Origin: Marsupella aquatica | Lineage: Eukaryota > Plantae > Marchantiophyta | DNA: 64,000 nucleotides | Assembly: GCA_973895155.1 (NCBI GenBank) | Contig: OZ316897.1 | Coordinates: 20,984,260 to 21,048,259, forward strand | Direction of reading: 5' to 3' | Shown here: piece by piece, positions 12,771 to 26,317 of the stretch | Layout: each line of letters opens with the position of its first letter | Position numbering within the stretch: the stretch's first letter is position 1 | Notes under the pieces: model-generated | The model's database searches: none | Told to the model about the DNA's origin: nothing | What the model saw: the letters and a program-made list of their open reading frames with translations, nothing else | Made by a program: the position numbers and the translations under genes

Positions 12771-15700
12771 TATCTATATTTTATTTATATTTGAAAATAT
12801 TTCAAAAAAATCAGAATTTTTAATTTATGAATAAATTTAATTAAAATTTGATTAATTTTTTCAATTGTGGCAGGTATGGGAAGGTTAAAGGGTAGCTTGG
12901 GCAGGAACTTATTTTTAGAAGGGGTGTATGGATAGATCTCAAAGTGTGGAAAAAATTATGTTTTGATAAACATTCAAGATTGATTGTGGCTTTTTTGTAG
13001 TTTGTAAAGGGACAGGATTAGGATTATAGTGGTACATGGTAAAGGGAGGCCTCCTTGATACTCTTGCATTGCTAGAGACCCTCCTTATTTTCTTTGTACT
13101 ATTAAATTCATTTTATGCTTGGAAACATTGCTCTCCATTTTCATTCACAAAAGAAATCATTCTTTCATGTTTTTCATGTTTGGGATATTGCAAATTTGAA
13201 TGACTACTATAATAAAAACAATGTAACATTTTATTATAGCTTTTGATATGATCTTTGTAATCTAACCTATTTTTAATTAACTTATTTTAATTAAATTACT
13301 ATCATTATTATATTTTGCAATATTGTAATACTTGGAATAATATATAGTGTCATATATATTATGTACTTTTGTATTTCATGTGTATACCTCCTTGATACCC
13401 ATGCATGTACATTCACTCTCTTGTTTTGTGTGCCCCATTGGTTCTAGCATTGGCTCCCTATTTTTGTGTCTCCCATTTGATTCCCAGTTTGTTTGGAATG
13501 TATTTATTATTTTTTGGTGTAAACTAAATTTAATATAACCTTTATTCCTTCTCTTTGACATGATTAATGTTTTTTGGACACTGCAAATTTGAATGACGAC
13601 CACTTCATAAAAAGACTCAAACTTGTATTATAGTTTATGATATATTAATTACTTTCAAATCACTACAAGAGAAAAACTCAAACATGTTCCAGGATGAGCA
13701 TGCTATATCCAAGACTACAAAAAGTTGAAGGTGGGATGGGGGGGGGCACCATTTAGTGACACTTACTTGGCTTAAGACTTTCCATGCACAACTATGCTAT
13801 GTGTTCACTATAATTATGGCTTTTGTCCTGACTGCTTCCAAAGCTTTATTTGTTTCCACCATGTTGCTTGTTGGTTTCACCAGATAGTGAATGAGTACAT
13901 TGGCACCCTGTTGTCTTTAAAACCAGGATTATTTTTGCCTGATTTGATGTTACCCTCTCATTTTCCTGTATGCTCGGACTTGTCTTAAGTAATTTTCTAT
14001 GTTGACTAAAGCCTGTGGGAACGTTAGTTTAGCTTTATTGATGGATGACAAAAGACTCACACATTTGTAATTATACTGGAAGCTCCCTCACTCTACAATA
14101 CTGTAATTATGAAAATTAATTAAAGTTACTGAGGGAATAGAAGAACAAATTTTATTCACAAGTATACCACCATAAAGCAATAAAAAATGCAATTTAAGGA
14201 CATTACCTCCCATAATGCATTCTAAGCCTGATCTAGAATGATCCAGGAAGTGAGTCTAGATGATGAAAACTACAAAACAAGATTGAGGCAAGGATTTGCC
14301 AGTCAAGTTTGCAAAAGATTACATTAATATTGACACTCATGCCTACTTATAATTATTGAGTGGCCTGGGGGTCTTACTTAAAATCAGTGGAAGTGGACTG
14401 GCCATTATATGCAACAAACAATAGGGTTTTCAAAATTCATTTTGAGGGTGACTTCCTCTGAAGCATGGGCTCAATAAAGGAAACTATCATGTGTCATCAA
14501 ATGATTGGTTTAGAGCCACTTTCACTGAAGTTGTACAGGTTCACAGGTGATGGGAGACTTGCCTACATATGGTGACCCCCTCCCTGCCAAGATAGTGACC
14601 CAACATGATAAGAAATTAGTAAGACTGAGGCTAACAACCCCTAAGTAGCTAGAGAACAACACTGAATGCCACCTGAGCCAACCTCGATACCTACCCCACA
14701 AAATTAGTGTGCTTTTCCATATTGCTCACCCAAACTTGCATAACTTATTGCCCGCATGCTTTAGAAATCTTACTTTAACTGAGTAAAATATTCAAGGGGC
14801 TAGTTTTTTCCTTCTGACCCATGGTAAGCAAATAAGCATAGGGTTATTTAAGTGTTTAACAAAAGACTTAAAGTTTTGTAGAGCAATCTTAAGGGTATTT
14901 TAATCCAGTTTTTATGGTTTTAAGTAAAAACATGGTTTCAAAAACCAATTTTGGGAGTAATTTTGAAATATTCTTAAACATAGGCGTAAAAAAAAATACT
15001 CCCTCAAATTTTTATTTCCTAGGTTTTAGGGTGTATTTACTTAAAAACATTGTGTGTGATATATGACCCCCCTTTGTATAGACCCCCGAGACTGAGAAGA
15101 TTATTGCAACTGACATCCTTGTAGCACTCAAATTGGGGAAATTAAAGTAACTATGTCTTACAATATAGGATAATTGGCCTAGTTCAAATTATGAGCCTCA
15201 ACTTATTAATTTCTTGTTGTAGTTGGCTCTCCACAAGGCATTGGTCTATAAAGCATTTATTATTGATGACTAATTAGCTTTCACCAATGTTGGAATTAAT
15301 AAAAATTATGTAGTCAATGCCTGCCCCAAAATGAGTAATCCACATTTCCATAAGCACTCTGACTTGACTTGAGTTAGAACCTAATTAGCATTTTCAAGGT
15401 CATTCTTAATTACCATGCTTGTGTTTATGTACAAGTTAGTATGAAAATCCCCAAGGCGTCCTTGTGGGTCTCACTTCCACATGGATGGCCCATCAGGTTC
15501 CCATAAGGTTAAGGGGTACACATTGTTGGAATGACTATATAGGAGTTCAATTTTATGGACAGCTGCAGCAACATTGAATGATTGCTCAAGGCGGCGGCTT
15601 GATGGAGCACACCTTTCCCTTGACTCTCGCCTTGACTCTGGAGTGAAGAACCCAAGCTTAGAGTAGAAATAATATCACTTCACATAATAATTCTAGACCT

Positions 15701-18700
15701 CAGGAGCCTCAACCAGAATTTAAGAGAAAATCATCATGATGCACCTTGTGAGAATTCAAGGGGCCATCCTTAATTATCAACTAGGGTATATGCTTGTAAG
15801 CTCCTAATTATAAGGAGTTTAAGCTCGATATTATCACCAATAAAAGCTACAACTATAAAGTTTAGAGTCAAACCATGTTGAATGACAAACTACACCGTTG
15901 GGGGGAACCGCAAAGTAAGTAATGGGAGCCGTTTCGCAAACTGCGAATTCCTAGGTGAAGGCAATTATATGATTCATGTCTTCAGGTTTGAATTTGTTTT
16001 ATGCTGTCCATCTCTAGGTTGCTTCACATTATGCAGGGTTTGCATGAGGTTTTGACATTTCTCTTTGTGCTTTTGTCTAATTATAATAGAATGAATCCTC
16101 TACTTTTGGCCATTGGCCCCTACTGCAACGTTCAAAATTGTCCAAAGTATGGAACAAAGGCAACATGGTTGTTGTCTTCTCACATCTAGACGCCCCAAAT
16201 TTGTCTAAGTATGAAAGGAACCAAGGATCTTTTGTTTTTGGCTGTTGCCCTTGTTGCAACTTTCAAAAATTGTCTAAGTGTGAAACAAAGACAACATGGA
16301 GTCAATCCTAGCGGGAAAATCTTTCTAGCCTGCAAGAACTAGACTAAATGTTGTAAAAACCCGCTAGCCGATGTAGGATCCTCTAAAACTCTATAATCAT
16401 AGAGGTACACACTATGGACTATGACGATACTCACGGTGGAAATGTATGGTTGGCCATGCAGTTAGGCACCACATAAGAACCATGTGTACGGAACCTATGT
16501 AGGAGGTCTAGTTTGTAACAACATTTTTGTGGGGGGCCTAGTTTGTAACAAAGTAGGGGCCTATCACATAAGTTTGTTTTGGCAAGGCTCCCATCAAAGC
16601 ATTACCTCTTCAATGTTATCTTATTACCCACACTTTTGTTCTTCTATGGATTGTCAATCTGCCTATTCCAATACTTCCATACAAAGCCCACTGTTTGTTG
16701 AAAAAGGAAGTGGTGTGGGTCACGGCAGTGGGTATTCAGATTAGGATTTGGTGTGGAATTCTTTTCTACATGACGATTGCATGGAACTAGGGTTTAGTGC
16801 GCATCATCAAGGCTGGTAAGTGCAGGCAAGAGCTGATCAATTGGAAAAATGGGCCCTGATTTTGGTCAGGAAGGTGGTCTTTATTGTCTGAAGGATGACC
16901 TTTTGTGGTGGACTATCATCCTCTTTGGACATTTGATCCACCATGCACAGTTATTTTTCACTTTGCATCTGGATTTTTATGTACTCTTGGTGTTACATGT
17001 GCTATAGTTCTATGTGTTTCTTTGCGGTTAGTCTTGTCTTGATGCTCTTGGCTTTGCAGATGGTGAATCATTGAGAATGTTTGGATTTTTGCCAAGCAAC
17101 GAGTGTTCAGATCTTTGGTTATGCTGGATCTCTCTCTGTTTGTTTTCAACTGAGTTAGCCCTCATATGTGCAGTAGTTAGTTTAATATCTGGGTGAGTAT
17201 TCATTTGGTTACTTTTCACTGATTTTTGTTTGCCTTTGCCCTCTTGATTGAATCGTGTTTGGTACTCGAGTGGTTGTTGGCCCTGACCTTTTTTGGTCTG
17301 GCAGGTTACTACCTTTTCTATTGGGTTTTACTTACTCATAAGTAAAGTGCTCCTTCCCAATGAAGGAAAAAGAAAATCCGTACACTTACAGTAGATGTAG
17401 TTTTAATCAATGAACCACAATGCACATGGTCTGTTTTCGACCACACACTGTAGGTTCTGTGCTTGAACTTGGACATCATCAACAGAAGAAAATACAAGAA
17501 GTTTTATATGCCTACTAATGTATATTATGGAGGAGCGTAAATGGCAAATTGTGTAACTAAATAGTGTTGCATAATGCTAATTGCAACTATACATATCCCA
17601 CTGCCGAAAGGACAGAAACGCCAAACAGGGAGACGACAGGATCACAGGCAAAAGTTTGCAACTGGATAAGATTATGCAAACTAAGATTGAACCTTCCCTC
17701 GCATCATGCTTTGATTTAATTCATGTTCCCAACGTGAGTCAATTCACACCATGAAGCATATCTTCTTCCAATAGTAGCCGGGGGCAAGTCAGACAACACG
17801 TCAATATCACCATAGCTTCCCTCTCCTTAGAGGAAATTTTTAAAAAATGCAACAGGTATCAAGACATCACAGAGGAGAGACATCACACATTCAAGAAGTG
17901 CTCCAATGCATTTGAAACTTGCATAATTAAGTTTTAAGAATTTTTGAAGGAGCCGGGGCGAGAAGCGATCAATTTCCGTCCTCATGTACGGTGCCAAAAG
18001 ATATTCTCTGAGTAATTTGTCGACAAGTCTGCCGTCGCTGGCGAAACATTCGATCCCGGAACTGTTTAGTGTTAGTATAATTGCCGTGAAATGATTTCGC
18101 GTCCGGCGAGTTGTGGATAAGAAAGAAGTTGGTTTTCGTTTTCGTTTTCGTTAATCTGAATTTTGGAGGCCGGGGGTGCTCGACAGTACGGGGGTAATAA
18201 TCATGTGGGATAGCACCAATGCGGCGAGGCCAAGTGGAAAATAACAAACTTACTGGAGAAACTCCGTAACAGACTGGGATTTGCCGCGTGCCGGGAAGCC
18301 TCTCATGAGGCGAACTGGGCGTACGGCCGGATGACCTGTAAACCCTGGTTGGGTTGCAACATGATCATGGATGAGTCATGATAGATGGGTGGGGGCATGC
18401 GAAAGCCGCCCATCCATGGGCAATGGCATCCATGGAGTCATGGGCGACTGACTAGGGGGCGGGGGGGAGTTGGCGTCAGGCCGTTGAAAATGAAGGGCGT
18501 ATAAGCGGCGCGGATTGCGTGGACGCGCCAACATGCACCGTCCGATCTGAAGCGCGTGCATGGGGGGAGAAATCTCAGAGTCGTCGAGGCCTTCTGCTCG
18601 TTCGCCCCGTTCACACTCAGTCACTCACTCTCTGCTCTCTGCGTTGGTCTGCTCTGCTCTGCTCTGTCCTTCCTTCGTACAAACGCCACTTTCCTTCGCC

Positions 18701-19113
18701 TTTGGCCGCCCGGCTGCCCGTTGTTGCCATGACCGGGCAGTCACGATCGCGGATACACGATCCACACGTGCCGGTGGCATACGGGCTCGTCGCCTTGCGG
18801 TGTAGAATCGAAGGGCGGTGTACCGTATTCTACGATATATGTTTACTATCATGGTACTGGGAAGGTCGAGCTTCCCCCCTCGAATTCTTCGGCCACACTC
18901 CCCACTCCCGGAATGATATGCGTCGCTCCGGGAGTGTTGATCATTATTAACTCGCATTGAAACTATGCTGTCGGGAAACCTGGTGCTTCGGGCCGTGGAT
19001 GGTAACCATCGACGACTAAGATCGACTTTTGACAGTATGCCGATCATTATTTTCGCAAGCGCTCACTTGGAATGAGTATAGGTACGGTGAGACCGTACAT
19101 ACAGGTATTCATT

Positions 19114-19886
19114 TTAAAAAAAAATTCTTGAAAGGAGCACTTATGTGAAAGTGAAACACAATAAAGGACCTTGTAGTAGGGCTGGACTAACAACTATCAT
19201 ATTATCACAAGGCCAAAAATCACCCAGAGACCAAACACATTCAATTCTCAGGGCATAAGATAACAGGAAAAACTACAGGTTAGACAGTAACAATGGATCA
19301 CCGAAGAAAACCAGCTTAACACCTAACGCAAATAAGAGGCTGACTCAGCCAAAGGATCAGGAAGAGAACCAGTATATAGCTGAGAACTGAACAACTGCCC
19401 CCAAGCAAAAATACAAATAACAGGATCAACTACTTGCCAAGACAAAACCAAAGACAAAAAGCGAGTAACTCATCAGCAAGGACAACAAATTAACCTAATG
19501 TCCAAGTGAAACTAAAATTGGCAAAGTTCAATGTGGATCAAATGACCACCAAGGGCGATAATCAACCACAAAGCTGCCATCTATCAAACAGAAAAGGTCA
19601 CCATCCAGTCCAAAATCTCGCACCATCAGCCCCAACATAATCTTCAATTGGCAGCCATTCATCATTTTAAAACCTCTTAACCCCACTAAACAAAAGCACT
19701 CTTCATGTAAAGACGGGATCTCCAGCCAATTCTCACTGGTTCCCGATCCAAGGTGCACCTGGCTTTCGAAATTTGCCTGATTCCCCTAATCAGATTCCAG
19801 AGTTTTAGTGGAACACCACTGCTCCTAAGAAGAGGCGCACCAAGAATAGCATGGATAAACTCACAAGGAAAGGGCAAAGCATTCTG
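19114..19886 (-). mobile_element. 5'-truncated LINE insertion with 12-bp target-site duplication
   Basis: Flanked by CAGGTATTCATT at 19102-19113 and 19887-19898. Minus strand encodes HAILG...LWNLIRGIRQISKARC, resembling an L1 ORF2 C-terminus, followed by a T-rich 3' UTR. Confidence 0.65.
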
Positions 19887-20244
19887 CAGGTATTCATTGT
19901 CGGGAGTAGGACCCGGTGGGAGGTGGATATCGGAATCTTAGCGAGTACACACCTGGCCGTCGATTAGATGTATGGAAGGTCGGGATCGGAAGATCCTGTG
20001 TACGTACCTATCCTTTCTCCGAAAACACGCTTGTCGGAATCTATCATATTTGGAACGAGATGCGCTGGGTAATAGAGCCCGGCGAACGATAAATGGGAAC
20101 CGGTACAGCGACTTGCAGCTGCCAGTGAGTTGAACGGGGAGAGTCTAGTGAGGGACGCTCGTCCCGGGAGATACAGGTTGACAGATTAATTATTTATTAC
20201 CGGCTTGTAGTGACCGAAGCTCCGGAAGTCGACCGGGCGCATCG

Positions 20245-20283
20245 GAGACGAGACGAGACGAGACGAGACGAGACGAGACGAGA
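20245..20283 (+). repeat. (GAGAC)7 microsatellite upstream of the PHD gene
   Basis: Directly visible perfect pentamer repeat. Confidence 0.95.
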
Positions 20284-21206
20284 GTTTTCATTCCAATAAG
20301 GACTCGTCATTCTGGAGAACGCGCCCGTTTCGGCATTTCCCCGCTCTCTCGCTCCCTCTCCCTCTCTCGCCCTCGCTCTCCATCTCTCGCCCTCCCCTTC
20401 CCTCCGCACCCGCAGCTCGGCCCCGTGTTTCTCTCGTCCTGTCGGTCTCGAGCTTCCTCTCTCTAGCTCGCTTTTAAATTTGGGCATTTTGTTCTCTTGT
20501 CTCGTCACGTCATTTCTCATTTCTCATTTCTCATTGTGAGTGCATCTGCATGTCGTTATTGGTATCGCATACAGTGAGTGCGTGAGTGAGGAAAGAAGCT
20601 CGGAGCAGTACTACATATCTGTAAGGGTTCGTCGTCTTGCTAGATTTACGCGGAGAGCCTTCTCACTTCCTTGGTCTGAAGCCCCCGTTGATGTCGTTGG
20701 GTAAACAGGTTGTCGTTTCTGAGCACCTAATTTCTCAAAAGTGAAGTAACAGCCACGTGAGTGAGGAAGAGAAAGTTGCTTCTAGAGAGAGTTTGTGGGT
20801 CAACCTCTCGTCGCCGAGACTTCAGAAATTAAGGAAACAGAACTGCTGTTGCAGTAGCTGATGAATGTGTTGCTCACGGGCAATGCAGGCATTGTCATCT
20901 ACTACAATTACTCTTATAAGTTCTGCTGTAGCATCTCAATTTGATTTACAGGTAAGGGAAAATCGATGACACCAGGACGTCGAAGAACTAATTGATACTT
21001 CAGGCTACATGGGATGGGGGAGAATTGGGAAGGGAGAGAGTCGAGCACTTCTCATCTGAAATAATACGCACATTAATACCAGCCGCAGTATTGAGAAGCA
21101 GGAGGTAAGATCGGAAACTCGAGAATAAGGCGACAAAAGCAAACATATACGAAGTATAATTGGGAGTACCAAGATCTCTGGGTGGTAGCCATACGCGAAC
21201 CACAGA

Positions 21207-24200
21207 ATGTACGTCTCGGCAGATCGGGCTAGGAAGCGGAGACGGGGGGAAAGGCTCTTTGGGATTCATACATTTGGAGACCCAGGATGCCCTTCTGATT
21301 ACGATGGACCGTTCAGAGATAACATAAAGGCATTTTTGGAAGAGTGCGCGGAACCTGAGCTATACAATATAGAGGGTATGCCTGCGTGGTCAATAGCGCT
21401 GGAGGAGTCCGACATTCATGGCTCGCGAGTGTCTTTGCTAGTGATTGAAGAAGGAATGCGGGATTCTCTTCATCCTCATTGCGACCATTGCCGGTGCATT
21501 GGTGAGCATCCCTTCCTCTTCCTATGGTGCTTGTCGAGGTCCACATTCTCCATCTGCTTCTCCTGTTCCCATGCTATGTCAAGCGTCCTGATTATGTGTT
21601 GCTGCATGGAGAATATCAATCAGGGACCAAAATTTACCTTAAGACAACAACCTTTACTATCTGATCAAGAGTGTACCTACATCTTGCAATTTGGGAACTC
21701 TTTGACGGAAGACACCCAGTTTCCTTGTCTATTACGTGGCATCCAATTCGTCAACATTTTTGTAGATCATCTAGTGTTCGATAGTAGAAATTGTTAGCGC
21801 GTTCGTTCTCGTTTTCGCACATCCAGTACTGACATGCGAAGATAATGTGCAGGTTGGAGTCATCACCCTGTATCGAATAAACGGTATCATTTCATCATTC
21901 CTGCCCCAGAACTTGACGATCGTCCTCTGGGGTTAGTGGGCCTGGTTGGAGGCAAAGTTTGTCCCAACTGCAACGATCCTATCCCTCCATCGTTATTCAG
22001 CTGTCAGTCATGTGGAGAAGAGGCCGTACTTGGAAGCATATTGGATTTGCAAAGCCATCTCCTCCATGGCGTCCTTCACTGCAACGGGTTTGGTCACCTC
22101 CTGCGCATCAATGGCAGAGAAAAAGGATCCAAGATGGCATCGGGAAGAGAAATAATGGATCTCTGGGATCGTATGTGTGCAATGCTCAGAGCTAGGTACA
22201 GTGGACCGTCTGCATTCAGTTTGTGCAATCGCATAAAACTTGATACTTCACCTCAATAGAGTCTCGTGTTGGCAAAAACCCAAGTCTTCTCAGGCAAACA
22301 ATACCTCGTTTAATTTCGTAACAAACGATGCATTCTACGTAGGACACGTTTTCGGAGTTTAAGTTGGCAGCCTGTCAAGACATTGTTGGCAGCAAGGGTA
22401 TTTTAGCCCTACTACGTGCCGCTATAATATATTGGTACTTGTAACACGTCCTTGCCAGGGCAACAACTGCATTGTAGTCCGAGTCTATTCACTTCAATTT
22501 GAGCACGTCCTAAGGCACAACTTGTGGGGCCCCCTCTCTCCTTGCCCATCCTGCCTTACCATGCTACCTCACCGACAACTGCATCCCATCCATGCACCAC
22601 AGACAAATCTGCTCCCCATTGAAGCTCCTCTCTGATAATTACACTCACTTGACGTTCGGCAATATTTTGTTAGTCTTGAAGGAGAACATGAAGTTCATGA
22701 ATGTCTAAATACTCGGCAGCTTGATTGTGGAACTAATTGAGTACTTCGCACGCTGCAAGTTTACATCAATCTGATTGGGTGTTTGATTGAATGTGTTTGT
22801 AATGACAGGAAGGTGAGCGTGGAAGACGTGGCTAAGAAGAGAACCCTCGAGTTTAGGCTTCTGCACTCCGTGGGCTATGGTGAATGCTGGTATGGAAGAT
22901 GGGATTACAAGTTTGGTCACGGAAGCTTTGGCATCACGCAACAAATGTACGTGAAGGCCATCGAGGCAATTCGTGGCATGCCGTTAAATGTCATGGTTCA
23001 ACATTTTGAAGGAGTGGATCAAGATGTACTTGCTATCGTTGCCATGTACCAACGTATCAGTGGACAAGCCCTTCAAACGGTAGGCGACTTGATTCGTTTC
23101 ATGATGGAGCTGAAAGCGAGACTGCCTCTTCATCCAGCGTCCAAGACTTTCTCCAAAAGCTCAAAGGAGTTCGAGAAGAAAAGTTCATGCGGAAATATTA
23201 ACAATGCCACCGCTGCCGACATGCCCTGCCGATGGTCTGTAAAGCGCTTGGACTTAGCTACGCAAGTGATTGTGGAAGCGTTGAAGAGCTGCGAAAAGAA
23301 ATGGATGCCTCGGCAGGACGTGCGAGATGCAGCAAGAGTCTACATTGGTGACACAGGTCTTTTGGATTTTGTCTTAAAGTCTTTGGGAAACAGGGTGGTT
23401 GGCGGTCACGTTGTACGCCGAGCTGTGAATCCCATTACCAAGGTTCTGGAATACAGCCTGGAAGATGTAAACAGCTCCACCGCCAACGTAAATCCTAGAG
23501 ATAGATGCCAACCTGAGCCTGTATGCGAGGTTGGCCGCGCGGAGGTTCTTCGAGACATTGTCTACATCTACAAGCATGTACTGGAAAGTTACAAGCCCGC
23601 ACGAAGAGGAATCAGAAGTGTTCTGACTGCTATTCCGACAGCAGCAAGGATAATCCTTGACACAAAGCAATTCATAAAGGATTATCGCGGAGAGATCACC
23701 CGCAAATGTGCTAACAATGAGTGGGACATGGACGACGACGAGATGCTCAGAGTGATGTGTACGGTCGTCTTGAAAGACGATGACCCAAGCCGCAATAGGC
23801 CGAGTCCCCCTGCAGAACTGGTGGTCCTTCCACCTCATGCTACCATTGGGGATTTGAAGCAGGAAGCACAGCGGGCTTTTCGTGAGACGTACCAGATCAT
23901 GCACAGCTTCGCGGTGGACTCGATTCCTGATCTTGACGGAGATGACGAAGATCTCTTATTTGGAACTATCGAATCAGGCTCAACTGTGATTGTCGAAGGA
24001 AGCGGAATTGACATGTGCAGCGACTGGCGCTACGAAGGAGGGAATGATAGCTGGATTGTAGACTGCCCTTGTGGAACCAAAGATGACGATGGCGAAAGGA
24101 TGATAGCTTGCGATGTGTGTGAGGTGTGGCAGCACACTCGATGTGGGGGTATTTCTGATCTGGATGCTATTCCCCTTCGTTTCCTGTGTCACCGTTGCGG

Positions 24201-24228
24201 AGTCAACCTATTTCATGCCATGCTTTGA
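21207..24228 (+). CDS. PHD-finger protein of the MALE STERILITY 1 / MALE MEIOCYTE DEATH 1 family; exons 21207-21501, 21853-22195, 22809-24228 (685 aa)
   Basis: GT-AG junctions keep frame (2058 nt). Motifs: FGDPGCP...GPFRDNI, CDHCRCIGWSHH, HLLHGVLHCNGFGHLL, MDLWDRMC, RDAARVYIGDTGLLDFVLKSL, PPAELVVLP, and C-terminal PHD VDCPCGTKDDDGERMIACDVCEVWQHTRC...FLCHRC. Confidence 0.95.
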
Positions 24229-24741
24229 AAACATGCAATTGACCGAATTGAATTAATCTTGGCCAGAGTAAAGGAGACTGGCAGACTCCTGGACACGGGC
24301 CGAGCTTATTAGGGGCCGGACCAGTTTTATCAGTGTTCTGCTCTATTGTTTCCGTTGGTTCAGCGCGCGGTATTGATCTTCGCTCTTCATCACATTCTCA
24401 GTGTGAGCTTTCAAATTGAAGTGAAAGGTATAGCAAGGAACGGAGATCGATCTGTAGCTAGAGAAGGCGGTACGACACATACGTACCTGTTAATTGCATG
24501 CTTGAAGGAGGGTCCGAGGCAAGCATGTCTGTACAGTACAGCAATGTTTTAGTAGGTTCCTGTAGTTTACTCAAAGTTTAGAGGTAAGTAGGCTGCGCAG
24601 GTGGATAGCTAGCATGCAATTGCTAGAGATACCAGTTGGTTGAGTCGACACTCAGTAGCACTTAGGGAATGTCATCATACCATGCCTTCTGCGTGATCGA
24701 GCCCGGGCCTCCTTTCGTAGGACTGTTCTAGGAAGCATTGC

Positions 24742-26317
24742 TCAAGGCCTAAAGTGCCATCGACAACAGTCTGTCCACATTTCAAGGTAGAGAACGAAGT
24801 TTCTTTTACGGATGGTCGTAGGTGATGATGTATACTTGACATGAAAATATGGAAAGTCTTCGGAAAGTCCTGTATTAAATTGTTACACAACTGTGGATGC
24901 CCATGCGTTTAGCCTTGTGCATCTCCTCGTTGAATGTTTATTTCCTGTCCATGTACGTCCTGAAAACAATCGTCAGTTCACAACATGGGAATGGCAATTG
25001 GTCGGATTTTAATAGGTGTAAGCAAAATAGCTCGTTCTTCCGATTGGCTCTTGGCCGGTTGTTAACCCGATGTAAGCAACAGAGTTCGCTCGGCCCCTTT
25101 CTCCGTTACATGGACCGAAGGTGGCACGGCGTCTTCGAGTTCCTGTTCGCAGATTGGGCGAGAGATCAACTTGTACCTTTCATTACGACCAATTTGGTTT
25201 TCAAGAACTCCCTGATGTGCGCGCAGCGGAAGATCATCTCATCATCTCTAGCTATGCAGCGGCTACGCCAAAATTTAGAGGACTGATTCTGAGCAAAGTA
25301 CTCCACTCTGCACTGTAAAGATTGAAAGTATTTCCTACAGAACTTTCTTTGGAGGGTACACTTTTAGCAAAGACTCTCCCATAACAGTGTTTTGATCGGA
25401 ATCGTGAAATTTGAAATGCCGATACCGAGGGGAATTTTTCTATGCTTTCTAATTTCACTATAGCTCCTGGCCTTTTCTATCAAAGCAAGCTGAAAGAAGC
25501 AAAGCGCCTCGCGGTCTCAGTACGATGCAAACAATTGCAGGACGTTGAAGACTTGTACTCATACCTCATTTGCATCTGACCATGACTCCAGCTTTTCAGG
25601 CACACTTGCAGAAGCGATAGGATGGCCGATCTTCCAGTCAATGCGGAAGATTCTGACAGTGAGGTCGTACTCGTTTCAAATTGCAATACTCAAATTCATT
25701 TGTACTAACAATCAGTTATCTAAATTCAGTAGCCATTACATTGATAGATTTGATGTCTCGATGGCTTTATCGAAAGTATGTAACAAGCAAGCTTCATATT
25801 GCAGTACTTCTTTACATTAATTTTGCATTACTTTCCAGATCTGGGTGGTTAGCTATGAGAAACAAAACCGGATAGTACCAAAGATGGACATTGCCTCCCC
25901 CATTGCCTTTTAAATGATGCAAAAATCATATTATCTTCGATCCAACGTTTTGAGTTCGTAACTGCCTCCGATTAATGCAATTCTCTAGTAATAGTTTGCT
26001 GATAGTACTCCTGGTAGCGTCACCTCAGTTGGAAGCCGACTGGATCGTACTGGTGGTTCCTTAATTGTTCGACATCTCTTGGCTGACTGATCCGTGAGAT
26101 AGAACTATCCGTGTGTTACTGTATGTACATGTAGTCACTTCCTGAGTCATGCAGCGTCAGAAAAGCGCATAATATTCCCAAATCATTGAGTGATGATTGA
26201 TTACATTTGGCTCCCTCTGCGAAAACTTCGCAGACATGCTCTGTGCAGCGGTACCTCGTTTGCACGCAGACATGTCGTACTAACTTGCCTCGACCGAAAG
26301 CTCCTGGATAACGACAT
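24742..26317 (-). CDS. Predicted five-exon gene for an unrecognised 147-aa protein; exons 26317-26289, 26086-26024, 25652-25565, 25312-25177, 24869-24742
   Basis: Splice sites (GC-AG with GCAAGT, then three GT-AG) are phase-compatible and give a 444-nt stop-free CDS: MSLSRSFRSSQPRDVEQLRNHQYDPVGFQLRIFRIDWKIGHPIASASVPEKLESWSDANECRVEYFAQNQSSKFWRSRCIARDDEMIFRCAHIREFLKTKLVVMKGLSEDFPYFHVKYTSSPTTIRKRNFVLYLEMWTDCCRWHFRP. The last three exons are better supported than the first two. Confidence 0.6.

Noticed and set aside
18376-19047. Overlapping 80-143 aa ORFs
   Set aside because: GC-rich promoter/UTR-like DNA with CT-rich tracts; ORFs on both strands with no motifs.
23374-23904. 176-aa antisense ORF
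   Set aside because: Shadow of the PHD gene coding exon.
24897-25286. 129-aa plus-strand ORF
   Set aside because: Better explained as antisense to the spliced minus-strand gene model.
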